From Candidatus Cloacimonadales bacterium (GTDB taxonomy: Bacteria; Cloacimonadota; Cloacimonadia; G963667145), in assembly GCA_965228195.1 (NCBI GenBank), contig OZ245797.1, positions 158,718 through 222,717 on the forward strand: DNA of 64,000 nucleotides. The letters run 5' to 3'. Positions 29,945-39,705 of the stretch are shown here, one piece after another. The notes beneath the pieces are model-generated. The model was not told where the DNA came from, made no database searches, and saw only the letters and a program-made list of their open reading frames with translations. A program made the position numbers and the translations under genes. Position 1 is the stretch's first letter. Every line of letters begins with the position of its first letter.

Positions 29945-30548
29945 CGACCCTTACCAAAATATTTTTGGCTGCGAAAAAATCGAGTAGCGGCTCAGTTTGT
30001 TTCTTGAAAGTAGCCACCCTCTTGGCAATCGCCTTAGGGTTGTCGTCTGCCCTTCTTTGCAAAGGCTTGCCACACACATCGCAAACATCTGCCACCTTCG
30101 GCTTGTTGATAAGGCTATACTCGATGTTGCAGCTAGGGCAATTTTGCCTTGCCGACATTCTGGCAATAGCCAAATCTTCTTGCAAATCCATATAGATCAC
30201 TTTGTCTATCTCAAACTCTTGCAAAAGAAACTCAGCCTGCGAGATGTTGCGTGGAAATCCGTCCAAGATAAACCCTTTGCCTTGAGCAGCTATCTCTTGC
30301 TTCAAGAGTCTTATGACCAGCTCATCTGGCACCAGGGTGCCCTCATCCAGATAACCTTTGAGCTCTTTGCCGATAGGACTCTGCTCTTTGATGTTTTTCC
30401 TAAAAAGGTCACCCGTGCTGATGTGAGCCAAATCGTAACCCTTTTCGATCTTCTTCGATTGCGTGCCTTTGCCACAACCTTGAATACCCATTATACAAAT
30501 AGCCAACTTGTTATTATACATCTGTTCTCCTGTTGTTCTAATTATCAA
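29892..30548 (-). CDS. adk: adenylate kinase (with zinc-binding lid)
   Basis: P-loop 'GIQGCGKGTQ'; lid 'CPSCNIEY...CDVCG' is a Cys4 zinc knuckle; 218 aa. Its 3' end overlaps the annotated trkH start by about 50 nt. Confidence 0.9.
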   Translation of the reverse strand: MIIRTTGEQMYNNKLAICIMGIQGCGKGTQSKKIEKGYDLAHISTGDLFRKNIKEQSPIGKELKGYLDEGTLVPDELVIRLLKQEIAAQGKGFILDGFPRNISQAEFLLQEFEIDKVIYMDLQEDLAIARMSARQNCPSCNIEYSLINKPKVADVCDVCGKPLQRRADDNPKAIAKRVATFKKQTEPLLDFFAAKNILVRVDADQSPEQVFGFIKENL

Positions 30549-31476
30549 AATTTATACTTTCTTCTACCACCACACCCTCAGATCTGCCACCTTTGAGATG
30601 CACCATCAGCTCGCAAATAAGCCCGATGGAGATAAACTGAACCCCGATCACCGAGAGCAGCACCCCCAGCATCAAAAGAGGTCTGCCCGAGATGCCCTCT
30701 ATCATAAAATATTTAAGGTAAACAAGATAAAGGCAAATTCCAGTTCCAGCAAGCGTCAACAAAGAGCCGATGCCACCAAAGAAGTAGATGGGGCTTTTTT
30801 TGTATTTGGTGATAACCCTGATGGTCAAAAAGTCCAAAAACCCACGCAAATATCGCTCAAACCCGTATTTAGACTTACCGTGTTCCCTTCTGCGATGTTC
30901 GACGATCACCTCGCCACAACTAAATCCCAAAGATTTCGCCAACACAGGGATATAGCGGTGCATCTCCCCATAGACATTCAGACTCTTGACAACTTTTTGG
31001 CGATAAGCTTTGAACCCGCAGTTATAATCGTGCAACCTCATCCTAAAAAATCGAGAAACCACGAAGTTGAAAAGCTTGGAAGGCAAAGTCTTACCCAAAG
31101 GGTCAAACCTTTTTTTCTTCCAGCCGCTAGCCATATCGTAACCCTCATCCAGCTTTGCCAAAAACTTACCTATCTCTTTGGGGTTGTCTTGCAAATCGGC
31201 GTCCAGAGTGATCACCACCTCACCTTTAGCCAGCTCAAACCCTTTTTGGATGGCTGCGGCTTTGCCGAAGTTGCGCTGAAACTTGACCACCTGCACCTTT
31301 TTATCTTTCTTTGCTTGCTCAACCATCCGAGCGTAGCTATCATCGTGCGAGCCATCATCGATCAAGATGATCTGATAGTCGTCGCCCAAAGGGATGTTTT
31401 CCCGTATCTCATCACACAAAATGCCGATGGTCTCTTGCTCGTCTAACACCGAGACGATAAACGAAATTAACCTCAA
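30538..31476 (-). CDS. family-2 glycosyltransferase (polyprenyl-phosphate sugar transferase, DPM1/ArnC-like)
   Basis: N-terminal GT-A fold 'ISFIVSVLDEQE', 'IILIDDGSHD' and 'DADLQD' (DxD), then two C-terminal TM helices typical of polyprenol-P glycosyltransferases. Confidence 0.75.
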   Translation of the reverse strand: MRLISFIVSVLDEQETIGILCDEIRENIPLGDDYQIILIDDGSHDDSYARMVEQAKKDKKVQVVKFQRNFGKAAAIQKGFELAKGEVVITLDADLQDNPKEIGKFLAKLDEGYDMASGWKKKRFDPLGKTLPSKLFNFVVSRFFRMRLHDYNCGFKAYRQKVVKSLNVYGEMHRYIPVLAKSLGFSCGEVIVEHRRREHGKSKYGFERYLRGFLDFLTIRVITKYKKSPIYFFGGIGSLLTLAGTGICLYLVYLKYFMIEGISGRPLLMLGVLLSVIGVQFISIGLICELMVHLKGGRSEGVVVEESINFDN

Positions 31477-32087
31477 AACTGTCCTCCAACTCTCAAAACT
31501 ATCATCATCACCACTCCCGCGGCTATGGGCATCTTCAGATTATCGTCGAACCTACCCGGGATAAGCTCGGCAATGGTGGCAGCCAAAGCCCCACCCGAAC
31601 AAGCCGTCCAAAAAAGCCACTGCGAGGCTACAAAACTGCGGTCGGCAAAGAAGTAAACCAGTGCCAAACATCCCAAAAAACAAGCCAAAGATCCTTCTAA
31701 GCTCTTTGCCCCTAGCCGTATCTTGCCGAACTTCTTGCCGATCAAAGCAGCCAAAGAGTCACCCAAAGACAAAAAGCTCAGTGATAAGAAGGCGACCTCT
31801 CCCGAAAAAAATAAGATACAAACCGCACTCGCCACCAAAAGGTGAAAAGAGCCTGCCAAACTACCGGCTTTCTCGTGGTCCCGCAAGACCATCCCAAACC
31901 ATCTATTCAGCAGTTTACCCATCTTTCCTTTGGTGCGGCGCAAATATTCGTAAGCAAAAAAAACAGCAAACACAATCGCCAGCCAAAACAAAGCAGCCGG
32001 CTTATCGTAACCAAACCAATACTTGTAACCAAAAGGGATCAGCAACGAGCAAAGGTGGATCGTTTTTCGCAGTAGCTCTTGTTTCAT
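31473..32087 (-). CDS. CTP-transferase-1-family membrane protein (CdsA / dolichol-or-polyprenol kinase-like)
   Basis: The 'GDSLAALIGKKFGK' signature of the CdsA/DGK/dolichol-kinase superfamily within a polytopic membrane protein. The start at 32087 ('MKQELL') is preferred over the longer ORF start at 32219, which would overlap secA. Confidence 0.5.
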   Translation of the reverse strand: MKQELLRKTIHLCSLLIPFGYKYWFGYDKPAALFWLAIVFAVFFAYEYLRRTKGKMGKLLNRWFGMVLRDHEKAGSLAGSFHLLVASAVCILFFSGEVAFLSLSFLSLGDSLAALIGKKFGKIRLGAKSLEGSLACFLGCLALVYFFADRSFVASQWLFWTACSGGALAATIAELIPGRFDDNLKMPIAAGVVMMIVLRVGGQF

Positions 32088-32094
32088 CGTCTTC

Positions 32095-35000
32095 TCAAGA
32101 TTTTTTACCGCAACACTGCTTGTATTTTTTCCCACTACCACAAGGGCAAGGGTCGTTTCTGCCGACTTTTTCTTCCACCACTCTTTGCTTGGTGACAGGC
32201 GGTTCATCTCCGCTGGCACTGTAAGCAGAGCTATTAGAGTGTTGCAAGCTCAGTCTTTGATCTTCTGCGGTAGCCAAAGGTTGTCGTGCCACCACCTGAA
32301 AGATGAAAACTTTCTTGGCAACACTCTCGGTGATGTTAGCCAGCAGCTCCTCAAAAAGCTTGAAACTCTCTTTCTTATACTCGATCAAAGGATCTCGCTG
32401 TCCATACGAACGAAGCCCGATACCCTCTTTGAGCGAATCCATCTCGTGCAAATGCTCGCGATAAAGTTCGTCCACGGTCTCCAGCAGCACAAACCGCTCG
32501 ATCTGCTCGATCATCTGCTTGCCCATGGTCTTGACTTTGTGATGGTAAGCACTCAAAACCTCGTCTTGCAACTTCTGCTCCACATCACCTGACTCATAAT
32601 CTGCCGTCTGTAGATGCAAATCTAGCTCTCGGTTGATCTTTGCCAGCAGCTCAGCCACATCTATCTTGCCGTCCACATCGGTGGTTTGGCTCACCTTGTT
32701 ATAAACAAAATCGCCGATAAACTCCAAAATCTCGGGGCGAACGCTTTTGCCTTCTAGCACCTTGCGACGATAAGAGTAGATGATCTCCCGCTGGCTACTG
32801 CCAACTTGATCGTATTCCAACAAGTTCTTACGAATCTGGAAGTTGTGCGACTCCACCCTCTTTTGCGCCTTCTCCACCGAGCGATTCATCCAAGGATGGT
32901 AGATAGCCTCGCCGTCTTTCAAGCCCAGCCTTTTCATCATCGGAGCGATCCTATCCGAGCCAAAAAGACGCATCAAGTTGTCTTCCAAAGACAGATAGAA
33001 GCGTGATGTCCCCGGATCGCCTTGGCGCCCGGCACGACCCCGCAGCTGGCGGTCTATTCGTCTGGATTCGTGCCTCTCGGTGCCTATCACATGCAGTCCG
33101 TCCATCATCTTGCCATAAGGCAACTTCTCACTGATTTTCTTGTTGTAACCTTGTCGGTAGCTCTCTTTAGATTGGCTGATAACGCCTTGACCCAGCTTGA
33201 TATCTGTTCCCCGCCCAGCCATATTGGTGGCAATCGTCACCGCTCCAGGCTCTCCTGCCTTAGCTACAATCTCCGCCTCTTTGGCGTTTTTCTTGGCGTT
33301 CAAAACATTGTGCGGTATCTTGCGTCTTTTGAGCATCTTGGACAAAAGTTCCGACACATCCACCGAGACAGTTCCCACCAGCACTGGCTTGCCTTGCTTG
33401 TGCCAAAAAACCACCTCGTTTATCACCGCTTGATACTTCTCGTTTCTAGTCAGATAGATCATATCGTCGTAATCTATCCTGGTTATCGGCACATTGGTCG
33501 GCACCTCCAACACAGGCAAGTTGTAAATCTCACCAAACTCTTTCGCCTCGGTCACAGCCGTTCCGGTCATTCCTGAGATTTTATTGTAAAGACGGAAATA
33601 GTTTTGAATAGTCACCGTAGCGAAAGTTTGCGAGGCGTTCTCGATCCTAACACTCTCTTTGGCCTCGATGGCTTGATGTAACCCTTCGGAAAACCTTCTG
33701 CCCGGCATCAAGCGCCCGGTGAACTCATCGACAATCATCACCTTGCCGTCTTGCACCACATACTCTTCGTCTTTGTTAAATAGGGCATAAGCTTTCAGCA
33801 GCTGGTCGATGTTGTGTAGCTTCTCGTTTTTATCCAAGAAGTTCTCCGAGATCTCCTCTTTTTTTTGTGCCTTCTCTTCGACCGAGAGCTGACTGTCTTG
33901 GTCCACCTCCGCTAGCGCCTCGTCCAGCGAATTTACCAGAAACAGATCGTTTTCCAGTTTGCCGATCTCAGCCTGACCTTTCTCGCTCAAGTGACAAGAG
34001 TGACCTCTCTCATCCACCACAAAATAAAGTTGCTCGTCAGCCACATACATCTTCTTGTCTCGAATTGCCACATTCTCCGCATCGATCAGAGCTTGTTTGT
34101 AGGCAGGATCTTTTAGCAGCTTCAAAAAAGCTTTCCGCTTGGGCAAAGCCCTTTTTATCTTCAACAAAATCTCGCCGACTTCCACGCTCTGCTTGGTCAC
34201 ATCCAAGCTACCGATCTGCTTAAGAAGCTCGCCTACCAACTCGCGTTGCAACCTGAAGAGTCTGGAGATGATCGGTCTGAACTCGGCAAAGTAGTTCTTA
34301 CTCTGCGGCACAGGTCCGCTGATGATCAAAGGGGTTCTCGCCTCGTCTATCAAGACGCTGTCCACCTCATCGATAATCGCATAGTTCAGCTTCCGTTGCA
34401 CCAGCTGACTCTTGTCCACAGCCATATTGTCGCGCAAATAATCGAAACCGAACTCACTGTTGGTGCCATAGACGATGTCCCGAGCGTAAATCTCTTGCTT
34501 TTCTTGCGAATCCATCATATTTTGCAAACAACCCACCGTAAGACCGTGATACTCGAAGACGGGACTCATCCATTGCGAGTCTCTTTTTGCCAAGTAGTCG
34601 TTCACCGTCACCAGATGCGCTCCGTCTCCGCTGATCGCATTCAAAAAAAGCGGCAACACAGCCACCAGCGTCTTACCCTCACCCGTTGCCATCTCGGCTA
34701 TCTCGCCATCGTGCAAGGCTATGCCCCCGATCAGCTGAACATCGAAAGGCACCATATCCCACACCTGCTGATGCTCTGCCACCTGATAAGTGTGCCCAAT
34801 TAGTCTGCGGCAAGTGTCTTTTAGATACGCAAACACCTTTGGCAGATAGTCGTCCAAAACCTTCTTGGTTTGCTCTTTCAGCTTTTGTTGCTGCTTATTT
34901 AAAGCATCGTGATTAGCGTCGGTCTTGTGGCTTTGATACTCATCTTCCAACCTCGCCAAAACCTCTTTCTCCACCTTCAACTTCTGCCGAATATCTTTCT

Positions 35001-35151
35001 TAATCTCTTGCAAGTTGCTCTTGAACACCTCATCGGAAAGCCCTGGCAAAGATTTATAAACCTTATTTATCTCTTCCACAATAGGATAGATAGATTTCAG
35101 CTTCTTGGCAGATCTATCTCCAAAAACTTTTTCGATCATCGATTTTAACAT
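32095..35151 (-). CDS. secA: preprotein translocase ATPase SecA
   Basis: DEAD-motor motifs ('MATGEGKTLVA', 'DEVDSVLIDEARTPLIIS'), a preprotein cross-linking domain, and a C-terminal zinc finger 'CPCGSGKKYKQCCG'. The 'MLKSMIEKVFGD' start at 35151 fits SecA better than the upstream ATG at 35199. Confidence 0.93.
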   Translation of the reverse strand: MLKSMIEKVFGDRSAKKLKSIYPIVEEINKVYKSLPGLSDEVFKSNLQEIKKDIRQKLKVEKEVLARLEDEYQSHKTDANHDALNKQQQKLKEQTKKVLDDYLPKVFAYLKDTCRRLIGHTYQVAEHQQVWDMVPFDVQLIGGIALHDGEIAEMATGEGKTLVAVLPLFLNAISGDGAHLVTVNDYLAKRDSQWMSPVFEYHGLTVGCLQNMMDSQEKQEIYARDIVYGTNSEFGFDYLRDNMAVDKSQLVQRKLNYAIIDEVDSVLIDEARTPLIISGPVPQSKNYFAEFRPIISRLFRLQRELVGELLKQIGSLDVTKQSVEVGEILLKIKRALPKRKAFLKLLKDPAYKQALIDAENVAIRDKKMYVADEQLYFVVDERGHSCHLSEKGQAEIGKLENDLFLVNSLDEALAEVDQDSQLSVEEKAQKKEEISENFLDKNEKLHNIDQLLKAYALFNKDEEYVVQDGKVMIVDEFTGRLMPGRRFSEGLHQAIEAKESVRIENASQTFATVTIQNYFRLYNKISGMTGTAVTEAKEFGEIYNLPVLEVPTNVPITRIDYDDMIYLTRNEKYQAVINEVVFWHKQGKPVLVGTVSVDVSELLSKMLKRRKIPHNVLNAKKNAKEAEIVAKAGEPGAVTIATNMAGRGTDIKLGQGVISQSKESYRQGYNKKISEKLPYGKMMDGLHVIGTERHESRRIDRQLRGRAGRQGDPGTSRFYLSLEDNLMRLFGSDRIAPMMKRLGLKDGEAIYHPWMNRSVEKAQKRVESHNFQIRKNLLEYDQVGSSQREIIYSYRRKVLEGKSVRPEILEFIGDFVYNKVSQTTDVDGKIDVAELLAKINRELDLHLQTADYESGDVEQKLQDEVLSAYHHKVKTMGKQMIEQIERFVLLETVDELYREHLHEMDSLKEGIGLRSYGQRDPLIEYKKESFKLFEELLANITESVAKKVFIFQVVARQPLATAEDQRLSLQHSNSSAYSASGDEPPVTKQRVVEEKVGRNDPCPCGSGKKYKQCCGKKS

Positions 35152-35220
35152 ACAATTTCCCCTATTTTCATAGTGTAAGCTTGATTTGGAGTGTGCCAAG
35201 TCAAGAGTTTTTTTTAAAAT

Positions 35221-36393
35221 CTACCCTTGAGCCAAAACTTCCCTGCTGCCTGTCTTGCTCTGGACCAAATAGACAAACCCCAAAAAGAAAAGAACAAGCC
35301 CACCAACCACAAAGGCGTGATGAGAGCTGACCCACTGCAAAACAAAATAGACCCAAAAAGGTGCTACTCCTTGCCCCAAAAATGCGAAAGCACTCAACCC
35401 CGCAATCATCGCTCCTTTCGACTGCGGACAAACCATAGACATAAGGCAACTGGTGCAGTTGACCACCACCAAACCTCCCCCAAGCCCTGCCACAAACACG
35501 CCCAAAAGCAGCGGGTAATAACCGGTGGCAAACCCTATCAGCAAATAACCAAGCCCCATCACCAATGAGATCAAAACGAAGATTTTCCTGTTGTTAAACT
35601 TGCTTAAAATCTTGTCGAAAAAAAGACAAATAAAGCCGGTGGAAACATTTAGCACCACAAAAACCATCGAAACATAGTAGCTTTTAACAAAGCCACCTGT
35701 CTGCAAGATGAAGGGGATGATGTTGTGCATCATCAAAAAAAGGCACATCAACCCGAAGGTTGTCAGATATACAGGCAAAGCTTTATAAAAATCTTGCTTG
35801 GACAAAGCGGCACTAGTGGTTACAACTTTTTTGGGGGTTGCCGTAGCCGGCAAACTGACCAAGCTCAGCAAAAACAAGACAAATCCAAATCCATAAATCC
35901 AAAAAGGCGTCTTCCAACCGTAGGCGACCAAAAAGCCTCCACCCCCAACCCAAACAATCCCCCCAAGACTGATGGCAACCCCTTGATAGCCGAGCATCTT
36001 CTCCCTGAGCTTATCAGAAAAGTAGTCGCCGATAAGGATATTCACGCTGGTGTAAGCCCCGCCGATGGCAAGACCTAGCAACATTCGAGAAAACAGAATC
36101 AAAGGCAAAGATTGGCAAAATATGGGAACAAGCCCAAAGATGGCGTAAGCAAGCAAAGAGAGGCTCAAAACCTTCTTCACGGCAAACTTGTTGATAAACC
36201 CATTGCAAAACAAGAAGCCGACACCAACTGCCAAAGAGGGCAGAGTCAACACCAAACGAGCCAAGCTCTTGGAGTTAGGATAGTCAGAAAACTGCTCTGC
36301 CATCCCAGGCAAGCAGGCGCTTACGGCAAAGGCGCTAACGTATAAAGAACTGACTAAACAAAGAGATAAGACGCCCCATCGGGAGAGCCTCAC
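35221..36393 (-). CDS. major facilitator superfamily transporter
   Basis: 390-aa protein with 12 predicted TM helices and the MFS loop motif 'GDYFSDKLREK'. It overlaps the upstream radical SAM gene by 4 nt and lies 20 nt upstream of secA. Confidence 0.8.
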   Translation of the reverse strand: MRLSRWGVLSLCLVSSLYVSAFAVSACLPGMAEQFSDYPNSKSLARLVLTLPSLAVGVGFLFCNGFINKFAVKKVLSLSLLAYAIFGLVPIFCQSLPLILFSRMLLGLAIGGAYTSVNILIGDYFSDKLREKMLGYQGVAISLGGIVWVGGGGFLVAYGWKTPFWIYGFGFVLFLLSLVSLPATATPKKVVTTSAALSKQDFYKALPVYLTTFGLMCLFLMMHNIIPFILQTGGFVKSYYVSMVFVVLNVSTGFICLFFDKILSKFNNRKIFVLISLVMGLGYLLIGFATGYYPLLLGVFVAGLGGGLVVVNCTSCLMSMVCPQSKGAMIAGLSAFAFLGQGVAPFWVYFVLQWVSSHHAFVVGGLVLFFLGFVYLVQSKTGSREVLAQG

Positions 36394-37301
36394 TCTTTGA
36401 CTCTCACGAATGTTTGCCCCGAAACATCGGTGTATTCCAGCTCATCTTTGCTCACCAACTTGGCAACTTTTTTGCTCAAGGCGTGCAGGTTGACCCCCAA
36501 AATCTCTGCCAACTCCACCACCGTGCAAGGTCTTCGCTTGATCGTGTTCAAAATCTGCTCTCGTAGGTTACCTTCCAGACTAACCAAAGAAGAGTCGACA
36601 TCTTTGCGCACAGGAATATCTACCGGCACGCCCCACGGCAAAGCGGCTATCTGCTGCAACTTTTGGTAACTCACCGGTTTCACCCAGCTCTCCGTCCCCG
36701 GGCGATCCAGCGTGTTGAGCTGCACTCGGTTAGGCTTTATCTTCTGCACGGCTGCCACCAACTTCTCCAGCTCGGCTTGTGTGTCGTTCACTCCCGCTGC
36801 CAAAAAAATCTCCAACCACATTTGTCCTGTAAAACTTTTTTGGAACTTCGCCAGATCTTCTACGATTTGGGACGCCTTTATCCCCGCAACGGGTCTGTTG
36901 ATTTTTTGGAAAATATCTTGGCTGACGGCGTCCAACGACGGCACCAACAGATCGACCCGCGGCTCTAGATAAGAGCTGGAGTTGGTAATAAGACAAAGCC
37001 GATACTGCGGATAGTTCGCCTTCATAAAATCGGTAATCTTCTCCAGGCTAGTGGACAAAGCCGGCTCTCCATTACCCGAAAAAGTGACATAATCTAGCTG
37101 AGGTGATTTTTGCAAATATTGGTCCAACTCGGCGATCACATCTTGAGTCGGCACCAGCTCAGCTCGCTTGGCACTGAGCTGCGTCGTCCGCCCCGATTCG
37201 CAATAGACACAGTCGAAACTGCAATGCTTGTAAGGAACGATGTCCACCCCTAAAGACACACCCAACCTTCTGGATAAGATAGGTCCGAAAACATACTTCA
37301 T
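36390..37301 (-). CDS. radical SAM domain protein with C-terminal winged-helix-like tail
   Basis: 'GPILSRRLGVSLGVDIVPYKHCSFDCVYCESG' has CxxxCxxC for the 4Fe-4S/SAM cluster. No SPASM or B12 domain is seen, and the C-terminal 70 aa look HTH-like. Confidence 0.65.
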   Translation of the reverse strand: MKYVFGPILSRRLGVSLGVDIVPYKHCSFDCVYCESGRTTQLSAKRAELVPTQDVIAELDQYLQKSPQLDYVTFSGNGEPALSTSLEKITDFMKANYPQYRLCLITNSSSYLEPRVDLLVPSLDAVSQDIFQKINRPVAGIKASQIVEDLAKFQKSFTGQMWLEIFLAAGVNDTQAELEKLVAAVQKIKPNRVQLNTLDRPGTESWVKPVSYQKLQQIAALPWGVPVDIPVRKDVDSSLVSLEGNLREQILNTIKRRPCTVVELAEILGVNLHALSKKVAKLVSKDELEYTDVSGQTFVRVKE

Positions 37302-37480
37302 AATTAAATCTCCGTTATTAAAAAAAGCCCGATTATCGAGCCTATTTTATCTAATCGCTAGCTAGTTGCTCCTAAAGCAAAGGAAAAAATCACTTATTGC
37401 CAAACTCTTAGATCGTTTTTATCAAAAGATTTATTTGTTCTCAAATTAAGAGCTTCAAGAAGTTTATACCAATAGCAAAG

Positions 37481-37762
37481 TTAGCGCTTAACCGTCTTGG
37501 GAACGCTGAAATAGACATCTGAGTCTTGCGATCGTCTGTTGGCAAGAGCCTCTTGCCTACTCAAAGATTTCTCCAGCTCATCATCACGCAAATCATCGTA
37601 ATCCAAAGCGAACCTTTGACCATTGTCGGTTTTCGACTGCACCTCACCGATGACTCTCACATAATCGACAATCTTACCAAAATCTTGACTGAACTCTTGC
37701 AAATCGTCGAAATCGACCTTGCAAAGATCGGCAATTCTCTTTATCTCGTCTGTCTTTATCAT
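37481..37762 (-). CDS. gatC: Asp-tRNA(Asn)/Glu-tRNA(Gln) amidotransferase subunit C
   Basis: 93-aa ORF. 'IKRIADLCKVDFDDLQEFSQDFGKIVDYVRVIGEV' matches the GatC pattern (I..IA.LARL.L.EEE...F...L..IL.YVE.L.EVD). Confidence 0.65.
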   Translation of the reverse strand: MIKTDEIKRIADLCKVDFDDLQEFSQDFGKIVDYVRVIGEVQSKTDNGQRFALDYDDLRDDELEKSLSRQEALANRRSQDSDVYFSVPKTVKR

Positions 37763-37790
37763 CTTTTTTCACACCTTCTTTTTTGGCTTA

Positions 37791-38336
37791 TTAAGGATTT
37801 AGCTTCACATTCATAGGGTTGTCTTTGCTCAGGATATACTCGCCCACATAGTCGGTGCTATCGGCGAGCCAGACGGCGATCTGCTCATCCTCCAACTTCG
37901 CCTGACAACTCCTTCTCTCTTCAGCTTTTACCTTGCTCTTGCTACCTAACATGGGGTCAACCTGAAAGTTGCTATGAATGTAGCCAGTTGCTGCCAACAT
38001 CAAACAGATGACCGCCGCTATTGGCAGTCCATACAAAAACCACTTCGACGACCAGAAACTTTTGGAGTTGTCAAAATCACCCAAACTCCGTTTGACTTTT
38101 TTCTCGCCCGAAAAGTTCTCATCGAAAGCGTCCAAAATCTTGCGGGTGTCGGCACCGATGACTCTGGCGTAGGTATAAACGAAGTTTCTTGCCAAGGTGC
38201 CTTTTTGGTAATAATCTTGGTCATCAGACTCTATCTTCTTGAGTATATCCAAAGAGATGCGTGTGGCCAAAGCCACCTCTTCTAAGCTCTTGCCTACAGA
38301 CTCTCTATACTGAACTAATAACTCTCCAACACTCAC
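37791..38336 (-). CDS. RodZ-like cytoskeleton protein (XRE-type HTH plus single TM)
   Basis: N-terminal HTH 'VGKSLEEVALATRISLDILKKIE', then a TM helix 'FLYGLPIAAVICLMLAA'; 181 aa. Confidence 0.5.
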   Translation of the reverse strand: MSVGELLVQYRESVGKSLEEVALATRISLDILKKIESDDQDYYQKGTLARNFVYTYARVIGADTRKILDAFDENFSGEKKVKRSLGDFDNSKSFWSSKWFLYGLPIAAVICLMLAATGYIHSNFQVDPMLGSKSKVKAEERRSCQAKLEDEQIAVWLADSTDYVGEYILSKDNPMNVKLNP

Positions 38337-38471
38337 GAAATCTCCCTATCTCCAAGATTTTGATACAAAAAAAAGGAGCCTAAAATCTATTAACTTTTTC
38401 TCGGAAAGCTTGCCGCTCGACAAAAAAAGTTAATCAAACTTCAATCTCCTTGACAATTATAAATAAAAAAA

Positions 38472-38547
38472 TGGTGGACCCAAGTGGATTCGAACCACTG
38501 ACCGTCCGGTTATGAGCCGGAAGCTCTACCAACTGAGCTATAGGTCC
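38472..38547 (-). tRNA. tRNA-Met (anticodon CAT; elongator-type, tRNA-Ile2/lysidine not excluded)
   Basis: The reverse complement folds as a cloverleaf: acceptor ggaccta/tgggtcc, anticodon loop 'ctCATaa', T-loop 'ggttcgaatcc', encoded CCA. Confidence 0.85.
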
Positions 38548-38559
38548 TATGACGATTTG

Positions 38560-39300
38560 AACGCTTAAAACAAGCCAAATTTTACCCTCGCTTATGTCAA
38601 GAAAAAATAGTTTGTGTCTGCTTTCTCCTGCGGAGGGCTCTGACCTGACCACATAAATACGGCTAATCATTTGAGACTTCATTTATGTGGTCAGGTCATA
38701 ATTAAGAGTTAAAAATTAAAAATGAAAAATTCCACCGCAACCCCGCACTTTTTTTTGCATCGTGCTACTTATGGATTCCTGCTTCCGCTAGGAATGAGGG
38801 AATAGGGGTAAAGCGTTTCCGCCCTGTCCATCTGGTGGAGTAGATTTTTCACTTTTATTTTTAATTAACAATTATCCAATGTAACTTATCAATTGCTTTG
38901 GAGCGGAAGCGACAAAGCTTGCGGAGGGCTTACTCTTGTCGCTTTAGCTAGTGGTTCACCTTGCGGTGAGCTACTCTTTCTTGCAGGGCAAGTAAACACC
39001 CATTCCCTTCCTTATTTTGCTAAGTAAATTATTATTGCTTTCTCCTGCGGAGGGCTTACTCTTTTCGGATTGCCGAAAAGAGTAACAGAAAAGACAACTC
39101 CGCTTCAGAGCGCCAGCGACGGGGCGTGTCACCAGCAAAGTAAAAAAGTGTGGTCGTTCCCGCTTATTACCCGTAGTCTTGTTATTTTCTAAACTTAACC
39201 TTTGCACCTCTATTTAGAAAGTGATTTTTGTCGCTGGCTTATCAATGCAAGGAAAATAAGAAAACCCCGTTAAGCGGAGGTTTCCCCGCCTTTAAGTCAT
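38560..39300. repeat. repeat block R4: H7 - inverted P - linker - Q, adjacent to tRNA-Met
   Basis: 38745-38930 is the reverse complement of 17270-17450 (P plus linker). 39040-39250 matches Q at 16120-16330. Detached hairpin H8 lies 340 bp further on at 39649. Confidence 0.85.
38641..38698. repeat. hairpin H7 (type A, extended 18-bp stem with duplicated 'tgacc')
   Basis: 'tgacctgaccacataaat' / 'atttatgtggtcaggtca'; loop identical to H3. Confidence 0.85.
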
Positions 39301-39648
39301 CGCTAGCTTTTGTGGTTGGCATATATTCAAGGCTCAGCACCAAATAAATACTCTAATCAAAAAGCGTCCAATTTCTTACACTGACTGAGCTTACGATAAT
39401 TGCGTAGTGCTATATCACCGATAAAAAAGAATGATAGTGATTCATAGCACAAGCAATATTAGCGTGCGAGGCGAAGTTTAGAAATTTAGCTTTTTGATTA
39501 TGTATTTTGTTTTTACCTTTTGTTTTACTTTTAGCTTTGGACACCCAAAGGGAAAAGTAAATAACTAGTCACCTATTAGGCGAAAGAATCCACTCTGACC
39601 AGTTAGGCGGGGTGGATTTTTTCATTTTTCATCTTTAATTATTATTTT

Positions 39649-39698
39649 CTGACCACATAAGTGCGGCTAAAGATTTTAGACTTAATTTATGTGGTCAG
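39649..39698. repeat. hairpin H8 (type A variant, 12-bp stem), solitary, just downstream of cysK
   Basis: 'ctgaccacataa' / 'ttatgtggtcag'; loop 'gtgcggctaaagattttagacttaat'. Preceded by the AT-rich 'ttttcatttttcat' box. Confidence 0.8.
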
Positions 39699-39705
39699 AA
39701 ATCCC

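Noticed and set aside
38434-38682. 82-aa ORF overlapping tRNA-Met
   Set aside because: It spans the tRNA and a repeat hairpin. The tRNA call is far better supported.
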